A DNA stretch of 64,000 bases from Alistipes sp. (GCA_045647535.1 JAZRMM010000021.1:3116-67115), one strand, 5' to 3'. Counted from the first letter of the stretch, positions 19,550 to 29,674 are shown. Made by a program: numbers and translations. The notes: generated by a model from the sequence alone, not told the origin.

Positions 19550-20854
19550 ATGAGTTTGGTTGCTATTGTAGGTCGCCCAAATGTGGGCAAGTCGACGCTC
19601 TTCAACCGCTTGGTTGGTCAGCGTCAGGCTATCGTTGATGAGACTGCGGGAACGACACGTGATCGTCACTACGGAAAGACCGATTGGAACGGTAAGGAGT
19701 TTTCAATTATTGATACAGGTGGTTACACCGTAAACTCGGATGATGTATTTGAGGAGGAGATTCGTCGCCAGGTGATGCTCGCCATCGACGAGGCTGACCT
19801 CATCCTCTTCCTCGTTGAGGTGCGCACAGGTATCACCGACCTCGATATGATGATGGCCGACATCCTCCGTCGTTCGGGCAAGAAGGTGATGCTCGTATGT
19901 AACAAGGTCGACACCTATGACCTTATATACTTCTCGCACGAGTTCCATTCATTGGGTCTTGGCGAGCCATTCTGCATTAGCTCAATGTCGGGTAGCGGTA
20001 CTGGCGATATGATGGATGCCATCCTTGCTAACCTCCCAGAGGATACCTCTGCCGAGTACGACGCATCGCTCCCACGCATCACCATCGTTGGTCGTCCAAA
20101 TGTGGGTAAGTCATCTATGACAAATGCCCTTCTTGGTCAGGAGCGTAACATTGTGACCAACGTGGCAGGTACAACTCGTGACTCTATCCATACTCGCTAC
20201 AATATGTACGGCATGGACTTCTACCTTATCGACACCGCAGGTATGCGTAAGAAGGGTAAGGTGACCGAGGACCTCGAGTTTTACTCTGTGATGCGCTCTA
20301 TTCGTGCTATCGAGAATTCGGATGTCTGCGTACTTATGCTCGATGCTGAGCAGGGTATTGAGTCTCAGGATCTCAACATCCACAACCTCATAGTGCGCAA
20401 CCGCAAGGGTTGTGTCATTGTTGTAAACAAGTGGGATCTTGTCGAGAAGGATAGCAACACCATGAAGGTGTGGCGTGAGTTCCTCGAGAAGAAGCTTGCT
20501 CCATTTAGCGATATTCCAATCGTCTTCACCTCGGTGATTAACAAGCAGCGTATCCTCGATGTGTTGCAGACAGCAATTCGTGTATACCAGTCGCGCAAGC
20601 GCCGTATCTCAACATCGGAGCTCAACGACTTCTTCCTACCACTAATCGAGAACTATCCACCACCAGCAACCAAGGGTAAGTATATCAAGATCAAGTATGT
20701 GACCCAGTTGCCTACGCCTACACCACAGTTCGCCTTCTTCGTGAACTTGCCACAGTATATCAAGGAGTCGTACCGTCGCTTCCTTGAGAATAAGCTCCGT
20801 GAGCAGTGGGATTTCTCGGGAGTGCCTATCCAGATCTATTTCCGCCAGAAATAA
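19550..20854 (+). CDS. der: Ribosome biogenesis GTPase Der
   Basis: Two GRPNVGKS GTPase domains. Confidence 0.97.
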   Translation: MSLVAIVGRPNVGKSTLFNRLVGQRQAIVDETAGTTRDRHYGKTDWNGKEFSIIDTGGYTVNSDDVFEEEIRRQVMLAIDEADLILFLVEVRTGITDLDMMMADILRRSGKKVMLVCNKVDTYDLIYFSHEFHSLGLGEPFCISSMSGSGTGDMMDAILANLPEDTSAEYDASLPRITIVGRPNVGKSSMTNALLGQERNIVTNVAGTTRDSIHTRYNMYGMDFYLIDTAGMRKKGKVTEDLEFYSVMRSIRAIENSDVCVLMLDAEQGIESQDLNIHNLIVRNRKGCVIVVNKWDLVEKDSNTMKVWREFLEKKLAPFSDIPIVFTSVINKQRILDVLQTAIRVYQSRKRRISTSELNDFFLPLIENYPPPATKGKYIKIKYVTQLPTPTPQFAFFVNLPQYIKESYRRFLENKLREQWDFSGVPIQIYFRQK

Positions 20855-21117
20855 ATTTCTTGTGATAGCGGTGCATTAGCGGCGCTTCAATCAAAGCCCT
20901 GAATAGGACGTACATCAAGTACTACCTATCCAGGGCTTTTTCATGTCAACGCCACTACTACACCACTCTGACAAGAAATTCCCTCGTGCTAATTGACCGA
21001 CATTTCTCAAAGAATAATGTGATAGTGGCGCATTAGCTTTCGCTTCAATCAAAGCCCCGAATGGGAAATACGTTAAGTATGTCCCATCCGAGGCTTTTTC
21101 ATATCATCGCCACTACT
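20854..21117 (-). repeat. Two copies of the ~127-bp hairpin element (20854-20980; about 21018-21117)
   Basis: Termini aatttcttgt...acaagaaatt; inner stem aaagccctg..cagggcttt; homologous to the units at 24.6 and 29.1 kb. Confidence 0.85.
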
Positions 21118-22306
21118 CCTCGCCACCAAGTACTCGGCTATGCGGAGCAATGATAGCTGCAATAAGGCCAATAAAGAGCGTCACGATACCATTAATCATA
21201 AAGGGAAAGCTATAGCTCGTCGTGGCAAAGAGCCTATCTATGCCATCTATGATTAGCGGCGCTACAACTATTGTGAGGTAGTTGACGGCCATGACAATGG
21301 ATAGTGCCATGGTGGCTAGATGTGGTGGGGCATTAGCTGCCGTCTTAGCATATATAATAGGTTGCATAACGCCATAGCCTAGACCCGTGAGCAGGGCGCC
21401 AAGGAGTAAGGTGAGCTCCGAAGGGTGGGGTAGCGACATGATAACAAGGCCGAGACCCATGACTATCAACGACCACATATTAACCCATCTTCCCAAGAGT
21501 GTCATTATCTTATTGAGAGCAAAACCTGGTAGCATGATAGCCAAGAAGAAGAGGGCTATTATGTTGTCCGAAGAGTTGCTCGCAAGGTGGTTATCTGCAG
21601 TGATATATGATGTGTTATATGTAACAATCAATGAGCAGTAGGTGATGGCGAAGTAGAAGAGCATGAGGCCTAATATTACACCTCGGTTTAGCCCCGTGTC
21701 ACCCTTATCCCTATCGTCTAATTTTTGTCTTTTTGGTGGTGTGTGGCTGATGGTGGGTATGAGTATCAGCGTGATGGCTGGGAGGAGGTATACTATAAAT
21801 GCGAAGTGCCACTCGATGTCGGCAAGGTAGCCTACGGCAAAGGTTGCGATAACGAGTGTGAGGTTGTTCACCGCAGAGCTTATACCCAGCATCTTGACAC
21901 GTTGCTTGCCACTAAAATAGTCGACTATAATACCCGTAGATAGAGGTATTATGATACCTGCACCTATGCCCACAAGCGAGCTGGTGATGATAAGTTCGGT
22001 TAGCGTGCGTGAGAGTATGCACCCAATACCACTGAGGAAAAATATGGCGCTGCCAATGACAAGAAGTTTTATTTTGCCTCCTCCGACTGACCATCTACCA
22101 GCCAGGAGCATGGCGGGTATTATCATCAGTGAGGGCAATGACTCCAGTAGCTCGACCTCCAGCATGCTGGCTCGAGGAAATATCTTGTCGAGATTGCTAA
22201 GTATTGGCGATATGGCAAGGCCAGGGAGCGATACTATCGCTGAGATGGACATTATGGCAACAACGACAATAAGCGAAATGTTGCCCTTACCTGTGTTAAT
22301 CTTCAT
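21113..22306 (-). CDS. MFS transporter
   Basis: About 12 hydrophobic segments in 397 aa. Confidence 0.85.
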   Translation of the reverse strand: MKINTGKGNISLIVVVAIMSISAIVSLPGLAISPILSNLDKIFPRASMLEVELLESLPSLMIIPAMLLAGRWSVGGGKIKLLVIGSAIFFLSGIGCILSRTLTELIITSSLVGIGAGIIIPLSTGIIVDYFSGKQRVKMLGISSAVNNLTLVIATFAVGYLADIEWHFAFIVYLLPAITLILIPTISHTPPKRQKLDDRDKGDTGLNRGVILGLMLFYFAITYCSLIVTYNTSYITADNHLASNSSDNIIALFFLAIMLPGFALNKIMTLLGRWVNMWSLIVMGLGLVIMSLPHPSELTLLLGALLTGLGYGVMQPIIYAKTAANAPPHLATMALSIVMAVNYLTIVVAPLIIDGIDRLFATTSYSFPFMINGIVTLFIGLIAAIIAPHSRVLGGEE

Positions 22307-22369
22307 GGTGCGACATCTTTTTTAGTCGCACATATCAACCTCTATGCCAAGAGGTGTGAGGGTGTATGT

Positions 22370-22798
22370 CTACTCCCTATTTCGGAGCATGCGCGAGATC
22401 TCGGCAACGGTGCGTAGCAACGCCCAGCTAATCATGGTTACGGCGAATATCGCTACCGCTATGCCCACAGACCACAACATAGGGTTGTTGATGTCCATGT
22501 CAATGAAGTTGGGGGCTATGATTGCTCCAAACGTGCAGAACAGACCGAGGATGAGGATGATGTCGGCGCTATTTACCAGCACACCCTCACGGAAGTTGTA
22601 CTTAGCCTTAGGCATGGGCGCTGCGTTGGCGTAGTTATCACGCTCGATAACCTCACCTTCAAAGGTCTCGCCCTGGTCAGTTGTCTCCTGCTCGGGGCGT
22701 GATGCCTGGCAGTAAGGACACTGATTTATACTGTTGTCCACAAGTGAGTTGCAGTTGCGGCATAGCCACTCCTGGCCAGTGATCTTATTGCTCTCCAT
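22370..22798 (-). CDS. Zinc-ribbon membrane protein
   Basis: WLCRNC..CPYC followed by two TM helices. Confidence 0.65.
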   Translation of the reverse strand: MESNKITGQEWLCRNCNSLVDNSINQCPYCQASRPEQETTDQGETFEGEVIERDNYANAAPMPKAKYNFREGVLVNSADIILILGLFCTFGAIIAPNFIDMDINNPMLWSVGIAVAIFAVTMISWALLRTVAEISRMLRNRE

Positions 22799-23060
22799 TG
22801 CTCTTCTTTACTTCGTTGTGGTCGATGTCGCAACCTGCGCAGTTGCCCGAACATATATTGTCTGAGTCGCAGTCGTTGAGGCCCATATCCTCGCGGGTCT
22901 CCTGCACGGCACACTTGATACCCATGCTCTGCATATTCTTGTTTGTCGATATCTCCGACTGAATATGGTGGCCCTTGAAGAGGTATGTTAGTGACATGGA
23001 TAGTGCAAAGAAGCCGACTACGGCAATCGCAATAAGCACTGTGACAAGAAAAGTTGACAT
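22785..23060 (-). CDS. Small membrane-anchored Cys-rich protein
   Basis: N-terminal TM helix, GIKCA and C-terminal CSGNCAGC. Confidence 0.6.
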   Translation of the reverse strand: MSTFLVTVLIAIAVVGFFALSMSLTYLFKGHHIQSEISTNKNMQSMGIKCAVQETREDMGLNDCDSDNICSGNCAGCDIDHNEVKKSNGEQ

Positions 23061-23210
23061 ATCTTTTTTTCTGGTAAAATGGTAAAAACTTTGTTTTTAT
23101 TGTGGTAAATCCGCTGCAAATTTATATATTTGCAGTGTATTATGCAAATGCTTTACTCATTTATGAGATAAAAGCTCTATTTAATTGGTTTATACTCACT
23201 TTGTTAGTGT

Positions 23211-24551
23211 ATGAAGATAGTTATCGCTGGTGCGGGAGATATGGGCGCGCACCTCGCAAAGATGCTCAGTGGTAGTGGTCACGATATAACCATTGCCGAT
23301 GTCGATGCTAAGGCCTTGGCCGAAGTAGGCTCGCTTTCCGATGTAATGACCGTAGAGGGTGATGTCACCCAGTTCTCGGTGCTACGCAGGGCTGGCGTGC
23401 GCAAGTGTGACCTCTTTATAGCTGTGCGTTCGGTGGAGAACGACAATATACTATCATCGGTGATGGCCAAGCAGCTTGGTGCTAAAAAGGTTATTGCGCG
23501 TGTGGATAGTAACGAGTATCTCGAGCCAAGCAATAAGGAGGTGTTCATCGACATGGGTCTTGACTACCTCTTCTATCCCGAGCAGATTGCTGCACGTGAG
23601 GTTATCAACCTCTTGGGTCATACCTCTTCGTCGGAGTATGTCGACTTTGCTGCAGGCAAGCTCTCGTTGATAGCCTTCCGTCTTGAGCTCACCTCGCCCC
23701 TCCTTGGTCGTACGGTCATAGATCCCGATAACTTCGATGAGGATATCGACTACCGCGCTGTGGCCATCGTGCGTGGTACGCAGACTATAATACCTACGGT
23801 TGCCGATCGCTTTGAGGAGGATGATATGGTATACGCCATTGTTCGTCAGGGTGCAGCGCAGCGTGTATCGGAGCTTTCGGGTAGCCACGAGATGTCAATC
23901 CGAAATATGATGATTCTTGGAGGCTCGCGCATTGGCGTACGTATTGCCTCAGAGCTACAGAACGAGGTAAACGTAAAGATTGTTGAGTATAATCCTGATA
24001 AGGCTTATCGTCTTGCCGAGCTTCTCGATAAGACCCTTATCATCAACGAGGATGGTCGTGATACCGAGGCTATGATGGAGGAGGACCTCGCAGGCATGGA
24101 TGCCTTTGTATCGGTTACGGGAAGTAGTGAGACTAACATCCTTGCGGCCATGCTTGCTAAGCGTATGGGTGTCAAGCGTGTGATTGCCGAGGTGGAGAAC
24201 ATCAACTACATATCCTTGGCGAAGAGTATTGGTGTTGATACCATCATCAACAAGAAACTCGTCACCGCCTCAAACATCTTCCGCTTCACCATGACTACCG
24301 ATGTTCAGGCTATTAAGTGTCTTACAGGTAGCCAGGCCGAGGTGCTTGAGTTTATCGTAAAGCCAAACTCGCCAGCTACCAAGTATCCTATACGTGAGCT
24401 TGGTATGCCTGCGGATGCTATAATCGGCGGTGTAGTGCGTGGCGATAGAGTATTCATCGCTGTTGACGACACTCAGATAAACGCCTACGATCGTGTTGTC
24501 GTGTTTGCTATGCCGGAGTCGGTTATGCGAGTGGCGGAGTTCTTTAACTAA
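23211..24551 (+). CDS. trkA: Trk potassium uptake NAD-binding subunit
   Basis: MKIVIAGAG and two RCK domains. Confidence 0.93.
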   Translation: MKIVIAGAGDMGAHLAKMLSGSGHDITIADVDAKALAEVGSLSDVMTVEGDVTQFSVLRRAGVRKCDLFIAVRSVENDNILSSVMAKQLGAKKVIARVDSNEYLEPSNKEVFIDMGLDYLFYPEQIAAREVINLLGHTSSSEYVDFAAGKLSLIAFRLELTSPLLGRTVIDPDNFDEDIDYRAVAIVRGTQTIIPTVADRFEEDDMVYAIVRQGAAQRVSELSGSHEMSIRNMMILGGSRIGVRIASELQNEVNVKIVEYNPDKAYRLAELLDKTLIINEDGRDTEAMMEEDLAGMDAFVSVTGSSETNILAAMLAKRMGVKRVIAEVENINYISLAKSIGVDTIINKKLVTASNIFRFTMTTDVQAIKCLTGSQAEVLEFIVKPNSPATKYPIRELGMPADAIIGGVVRGDRVFIAVDDTQINAYDRVVVFAMPESVMRVAEFFN

Positions 24552-24563
24552 TTTTTTTGTGAT

Positions 24564-24806
24564 AATTTTTTTGTGATAAGGGGTCATCTACTGCCGCTAA
24601 CGAATTATCTTCGTCAATGGGCAGTACGCCAAGTACAGCCCATCGCCTCGAAATTCGCCGAGCGTTGTATCTAACCCCTTCTAACAAAAAAATGCGCTGA
24701 GATAAGGGAGAGCATATATTGCCGCTAACGAATTATCTTCAGCAATGGGCAGTACGCCAAGTACAGCCCATCGCCTCGAAATTCGCCGAGCGTTGTTCGT
24801 CTCCTT
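24564..24806 (-). repeat. Two copies of the hairpin element, subtype B (24564-24693; 24701-24806)
   Basis: Repeated gccgctaacgaattatcttc..aatgggcagtacgccaagtacagcccatcgcctcgaaattcgccgagcgttg. Confidence 0.85.
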
Positions 24807-24862
24807 GGTGCGTCTACGCTAAAGAAAAAGAAAAATAGAGATAATATAAAATACTACCCATT

Positions 24863-25483
24863 ATGTATATAGCTATCGCCGGTAATATCGGCAGCGGAAA
24901 GACTACGCTCACCGAGATGCTCACTGAGCGCTACGGGGCTAAAGCCTACTACGAGGATATGTCAAACCCATATCTCAACGACTTCTACGAGGATATGGGA
25001 CGTTGGTCATTTCATCTTCAGCTATGGTTTCTCGGTAGCCGTATTCAGCAGACCCTCGTAATGCTCTCCGAAAACCCTGATAATGTTATTCAGGATAGAA
25101 CAATATACGAGGATGCTCACATCTTTGCCAACAATCTTCATGGCATGGGGTTGATGGCAACACGCGACTTTGAAACCTACATGAAGATGTTCAACATCGA
25201 GCAGGAGTTGCTCCCTAAGCCAGATGTGCTCATCTACCTCAAGGCGAGTGTCCCTACGCTCATCTCGCAGATTAAGATGCGTGGTAGGGAGTATGAGCAG
25301 AACATCGACGAGGACTATCTAAACCGTCTTAATGACAAGTACAACCACTGGATTGAGAATATCTACGAGGGTCGTGTGCTTGTTGTTGACAAGGATACCG
25401 ACGACTTTGTGGCCGACCCATCAATAATCGATCGCATCTGTGCCTCATTGGAGGAGATGTGTAACGGCAAACGACAGCTTTAG
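24863..25483 (+). CDS. Deoxynucleoside kinase
   Basis: IAGNIGSGKTT, QDRTIYED and RGREYE motifs. Confidence 0.92.
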   Translation: MYIAIAGNIGSGKTTLTEMLTERYGAKAYYEDMSNPYLNDFYEDMGRWSFHLQLWFLGSRIQQTLVMLSENPDNVIQDRTIYEDAHIFANNLHGMGLMATRDFETYMKMFNIEQELLPKPDVLIYLKASVPTLISQIKMRGREYEQNIDEDYLNRLNDKYNHWIENIYEGRVLVVDKDTDDFVADPSIIDRICASLEEMCNGKRQL

Positions 25484-25486
25484 AAT

Positions 25487-26851
25487 ATGCGAACAGAGCT
25501 ACCCAAGGAGTTTATCGACGCCATGTATCGTGATATGGGTGAGGTCGAGGCTCAGAGACTATTCGAGGCCCTCGACACCGAGCCTATGACATCCATAAGG
25601 CTCAACCCCTTCAAGCCTGCACCTGCCTTTGATGGTGAGGTTGTGGGGTGGTGCCCTTGGGGTAGGTATCTCGATGAGCGTCCTCAGTTTACGCTCGACC
25701 CGCTGTTGCATGGCGGAAGCTACTATGTGCAGGAGGCATCGTCGCAGTTTGTGGCTCACCTACTTAAGGGTGAGAATATCGAGGGCGGTAGAGTCTTGGA
25801 TATGTGTGCTGCGCCGGGTGGTAAGAGCACCATATACTCTGCGCTTGTTGGTCGCACAGGTCTTGTTGTTGCAAACGACATAAACCGTGGTCGCACGCTT
25901 GCTCTTAGTGATAACGTTCAGCGTTGGGGCCTTGGCAATGTTGTTGTCACCTGCAACGAGCCAAGTCATATAGGGGCCTTTGGCCACTGGTTCGATGTTG
26001 TGGCTGTCGATGCCCCATGTTCGGGCGAGGGTATGTTTCGTAAGATGGACGAGGCACGCAGTGAGTGGAGTGCATCGTCACCAGCTCTATGCGCTGAGCG
26101 TCAGCGTGATATCCTTGCTGAGGCGTGGCGAGCACTGCGCCCTGGAGGTATGCTCATATATAGCACCTGCACCTTTAATAGTGTGGAGGATGAGGGCGTC
26201 GTGAAGTGGCTTATGGAGGAGTACGGCGACGACATTGTTGCTTGCGATAGGGTAGATACTCCCGAGGAGTGGGGTGTTGTGCGTAGCGATATAGGAGCCT
26301 TCCAGTGTTTCCACTTCTACCCACATAAGGCTTGTGGTGAGGGCTTCTTTGCCGCTGTAGCTCGCAAAGGCGAGGGTGTTGTGCGCAGGGTTACGCCCAA
26401 GGCTCGCCGCAAGGTGCTCACGGAGGTGTCGCGTGCCGATATTAAAGAGGTTGCTCGCTGGGTTGATGATGCTTCGTGTCATGCCTTTAGATGCGTTGGC
26501 GATATGATATATGCCTATAATAGGGATGTCGTTGAGGATGTTACAGCGCTCTCGGAGTCCTTATCTGTGGTCTATTCGGGTGTGGCCATGGGGCAGATAT
26601 TCAAAGGCAAGCTAAAGCCTGAGCACCCACTGGCTCTCTATGTTGGTGTTAATAGCGATGCTGTCCCCTCGGCGGAGTTGGACGAGGAGGAGGCATTGCG
26701 CTATCTGCGTCGCCAGGATATACCTCCCGCACCCTTTGAGGAGGGCATAAATATAGTGAGATACAAGGGTGTGGCGATAGGTTTTGTGAAGCGTATAGGT
26801 GCACGCTGTAATAATATGTACCCCAAGGAGCAGAGGATAATTAAGAATTAA
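25487..26851 (+). CDS. RsmF/RsmB-NOP2 family rRNA m5C methyltransferase
   Basis: YYVQEASS, DMCAAPGGKS, DAPCSGEGMFRK and YSTCT motifs. Confidence 0.92.
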   Translation: MRTELPKEFIDAMYRDMGEVEAQRLFEALDTEPMTSIRLNPFKPAPAFDGEVVGWCPWGRYLDERPQFTLDPLLHGGSYYVQEASSQFVAHLLKGENIEGGRVLDMCAAPGGKSTIYSALVGRTGLVVANDINRGRTLALSDNVQRWGLGNVVVTCNEPSHIGAFGHWFDVVAVDAPCSGEGMFRKMDEARSEWSASSPALCAERQRDILAEAWRALRPGGMLIYSTCTFNSVEDEGVVKWLMEEYGDDIVACDRVDTPEEWGVVRSDIGAFQCFHFYPHKACGEGFFAAVARKGEGVVRRVTPKARRKVLTEVSRADIKEVARWVDDASCHAFRCVGDMIYAYNRDVVEDVTALSESLSVVYSGVAMGQIFKGKLKPEHPLALYVGVNSDAVPSAELDEEEALRYLRRQDIPPAPFEEGINIVRYKGVAIGFVKRIGARCNNMYPKEQRIIKN

Positions 26852-26863
26852 ATATAAGATACT

Positions 26864-27493
26864 ATGGCAAAATTACTCTATTCGATGGGTGAGGTTACCG
26901 AGATGTTCGATGTCAACGCCTCGTTAATTCGCTATTGGGAGTCGAAGTTCGACTGTATCAAGCCTCATAAGAATAAGAAGGGTAATCGTATGTTTACCCC
27001 TTCGGATATCGAGAATCTCAAGCTCATATACCATCTTGTCAAGGAGAAGGGTATGACTCTTGAGGGTGCTAATAAGACGATGAAGAGACGTGGTAGTAAG
27101 GTCCAGCGCGAAGTCTCTATCTTGGAGCGTTTGCAGAATATTAGAGCTATGCTCCTCGAGGTGCGCGAGACTCTTGGTGATAATAGTCCTGTGGGCTACG
27201 AGGCGCCTATAGATGCTGTGAGTGAGCTTATCACCGATGTGGAGGCTGAGGCTAAGCGCGATGTTGTGGCTGTTGCTGTATCTACGAGTGCTGATGAAAG
27301 CCCATCAGAGGGTGATACCGAGGCTTCTCATAGCGCTCCAGAGGTTGTGGCGGAGCCTCGTCGTCGTGGCCGTCCACGTAAGGTTGTGGAGCCATCTGCT
27401 ACTGAGGAGCAGCCAGCATTACGCCGTCGCAAGACCAAGAAGGGTGATGAGACCAAGGAGTTGTTTCCCTTCTATGAGCAGTCGCTATTTTAA
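26864..27493 (+). CDS. MerR family HTH protein with an extended C-terminal tail
   Basis: YSMGEV..SLIRYWE..GNRMF HTH; the tail contains PRRRGRPRK. Confidence 0.85.
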   Translation: MAKLLYSMGEVTEMFDVNASLIRYWESKFDCIKPHKNKKGNRMFTPSDIENLKLIYHLVKEKGMTLEGANKTMKRRGSKVQREVSILERLQNIRAMLLEVRETLGDNSPVGYEAPIDAVSELITDVEAEAKRDVVAVAVSTSADESPSEGDTEASHSAPEVVAEPRRRGRPRKVVEPSATEEQPALRRRKTKKGDETKELFPFYEQSLF

Positions 27494-27503
27494 TATGTAG
27501 TCT

Positions 27504-28292
27504 ATGACAGTTAGAGAAATAGCCACTCTTATCGAGCAGTTTGCACCACTCTCGCTTCAGGAGTCCTACGACAACTCAGGTCTTATCGTAGGTCGTATGG
27601 ATGATGAGGTGCATGGCGTGCTCCTTGCTGTAGATGTCACCGAGGAGGTCTTGGATGAGGCGGAGCGCGAGGGGTGCGATATGATTATCACGCACCACCC
27701 CATAATCTTCAATGCCATGAAGCGCTTTAATTCGGCTAACTATGTGGAGCGCTGTGTGGAGCGTGCCATACGTCGAGGTATCGCCCTCTATGCTTGTCAC
27801 ACCAACCTTGATAGCACACCTAATGGCATGAGCTGGAGGGTAGGCTCGATGATTGGTCTTGGCGATATGAGTGTTCTTGAGCCTCGTAGGGATGACCCCG
27901 CAGCCGGCTTTGGTGTTGTGGGTCTCTTGCCTCGTGCTGAGTCGGCACTCGCCTTTATGCAGCGCATGAAGAGTATCTTCGATGTCGGCGCTGTGCGCCA
28001 TAGCGACATACCCTCGGAGGATGCCATGGTTCGCCGTGTTGCTATATGCACAGGCTCGGGAGGCTCGCTTATAGATGTGGCTCTGCGTGCTGAGGCCGAC
28101 ATATATGTCACTGCCGATTTGCGCTATAACGACTTTATGCGAGGCGAAGGTCGCATGATTTTAGCTGATATTGGCCATTTTGAGAGCGAATTTTGCGCAA
28201 TTAACATCATAAATGATGTATTATCGAAAAAAATGTGTAACTTTGCCGTTCGCAAGAGCGTATGCTCTCGCAACCCTATACACTATTTATAG
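27504..28292 (+). CDS. Nif3-like dinuclear metal centre protein
   Basis: YDNSGL, THHPIIF, HTNLD and GHFESE motifs. Confidence 0.92.
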   Translation: MTVREIATLIEQFAPLSLQESYDNSGLIVGRMDDEVHGVLLAVDVTEEVLDEAEREGCDMIITHHPIIFNAMKRFNSANYVERCVERAIRRGIALYACHTNLDSTPNGMSWRVGSMIGLGDMSVLEPRRDDPAAGFGVVGLLPRAESALAFMQRMKSIFDVGAVRHSDIPSEDAMVRRVAICTGSGGSLIDVALRAEADIYVTADLRYNDFMRGEGRMILADIGHFESEFCAINIINDVLSKKMCNFAVRKSVCSRNPIHYL

Positions 28293-28321
28293 TCTGAATT
28301 ATCTAAAATTCTATAACATAT

Positions 28322-29062
28322 ATGGCACAGAAGAAGACAAACGAGGTTGATTATTCTATGCAGGAGAAGATCATGGCACTCTATCAGTTACAGAAGATTG
28401 ACTCTGAGATTGATGAAATCAACAAGGTAAAGGGTGAACTCCCCTTGGAGGTGCAGGACTTGGAGGATGAGCTCGCTGGCTTGAACACTCGTGTTGAGAA
28501 TATCAACGCCGAGATTGAGGAGCTCAACACACTCACTCGTCAGCGTAAGCGTGAGGTTGACCAGGCAAAGATTATGATTGGCAACTACAAGGAGCAGCAG
28601 AATAATGTGCGCAACAACCGCGAGTACGATGCTATCACCAAGGAGATCGAGTATCAGGAGCTTGAGATAGAGCTCGCTGAGAAGCGTCTTAAGGAGTACT
28701 CTGCACAGATCAAGATTAAGAAGAGCGCTATCGAGCAGACCAACACTCTTGTTGAGGAGCGTAGCATCGACTATAAGGCAAAGAAGGAGGAGCTCGACTC
28801 TATCGAGGCAGAGACAGCACAGCAGGTTGCTGAGCTTCAGGCACGTGCCGAGAAGGCAAAGGAGCCTATCGACGAGCGCTTGCTTGTTGCCTACAACCGT
28901 ATTCGTAGCAATGTGCACAACGGCTTGGCTGTGGTTACCGTTACCCGTGATGCTTGTGGTGGTTGCTTCAACCGCATCCCTCCACAGCGCCAGGTGGATA
29001 TTCGCCAGGGTAAGAAGCTTATTGTGTGCGAGTATTGTGGTCGTATTCTTGTAAGCGAGTAA
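28322..29062 (+). CDS. Coiled-coil protein with C4-type zinc ribbon
   Basis: Long coiled coil, CGGC...CEYCGRIL; usual neighbour of Nif3. Confidence 0.9.
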   Translation: MAQKKTNEVDYSMQEKIMALYQLQKIDSEIDEINKVKGELPLEVQDLEDELAGLNTRVENINAEIEELNTLTRQRKREVDQAKIMIGNYKEQQNNVRNNREYDAITKEIEYQELEIELAEKRLKEYSAQIKIKKSAIEQTNTLVEERSIDYKAKKEELDSIEAETAQQVAELQARAEKAKEPIDERLLVAYNRIRSNVHNGLAVVTVTRDACGGCFNRIPPQRQVDIRQGKKLIVCEYCGRILVSE

Positions 29063-29566
29063 TTTCTTGTGATAAGGGCGCATCTGCGACCTTTCAATCA
29101 TTGGCTCGAATGGGAAATACGCTAAGTATGTCCCATCCGAGCCAATTTCATGTCAAGGCCACATCTGCACCCTTCTGACAAGAAATTGGCTCATGCGTAC
29201 ATAGGGCAGACATCTGCGACGCTTCAATCAAAGCCCTGAATGGAATGTACGTCAAGTACTATCCATCCAGGGCTTTCTCATGTCAGCGCCACATTAGCGT
29301 CACTCTGACAAGAAATTTAATTTCTCGAGATAGGGCAGACATCTACTGCCGCTAACAAAAATAAGTGCGAATGGGCAGTACGTCAAAGTACAGCCCATCC
29401 GCATTTTTTTTGCCGAGCGTTGTATCTGCAGCCCTCTATCAAGAAATTGTCTCACGCATACATAGGGCAGACATCTGCGACCTTTCAATCATTGGCTCGA
29501 ATAGGAAATACGCTAAGTATGTCCCATCCGGGCCAATTTCATGTCAAGACCACATCTGTAGCCCTC
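29061..29566 (-). repeat. Four tandem copies of the hairpin element (29061-29187, 29201-29317, 29319-29448, 29461-29566)
   Basis: Each unit is a long imperfect palindrome with apical RTAC-gNNaa-GTAY; linkers ggctcatgcgtacatag and gtctcacgcatacatag. Confidence 0.9.
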
Positions 29567-29674
29567 TTCTCTATTTATCTCTATTTTATTAGTCTTAATA
29601 TTTGCTTTTATGTGAATTTATACTTATATTTGTAATATGTAAAAACCTAATTACTAACTTAAATTATTAAGACT

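Noticed and set aside
28388-29101. Long antisense ORFs (also 47876-48826, 2718-3353, 17011-17580)
   Set aside because: Shadows of well-supported genes on the opposite strand, caused by codon bias.
29061-29566. CRISPR or TIGR-like guide array
   Set aside because: The variable segments pair with each other inside each unit rather than being unique spacers, units are about 127 bp, and no cas or Nop-domain gene is in the window (RsmF/NOP2 is unrelated).
20854-29566. Integron attC sites
   Set aside because: No RYYYAAC/GTTRRRY boxes at the termini, no cassette ORFs between units and no integrase; the neighbours are core genes. Kept only as a mechanistic analogy.
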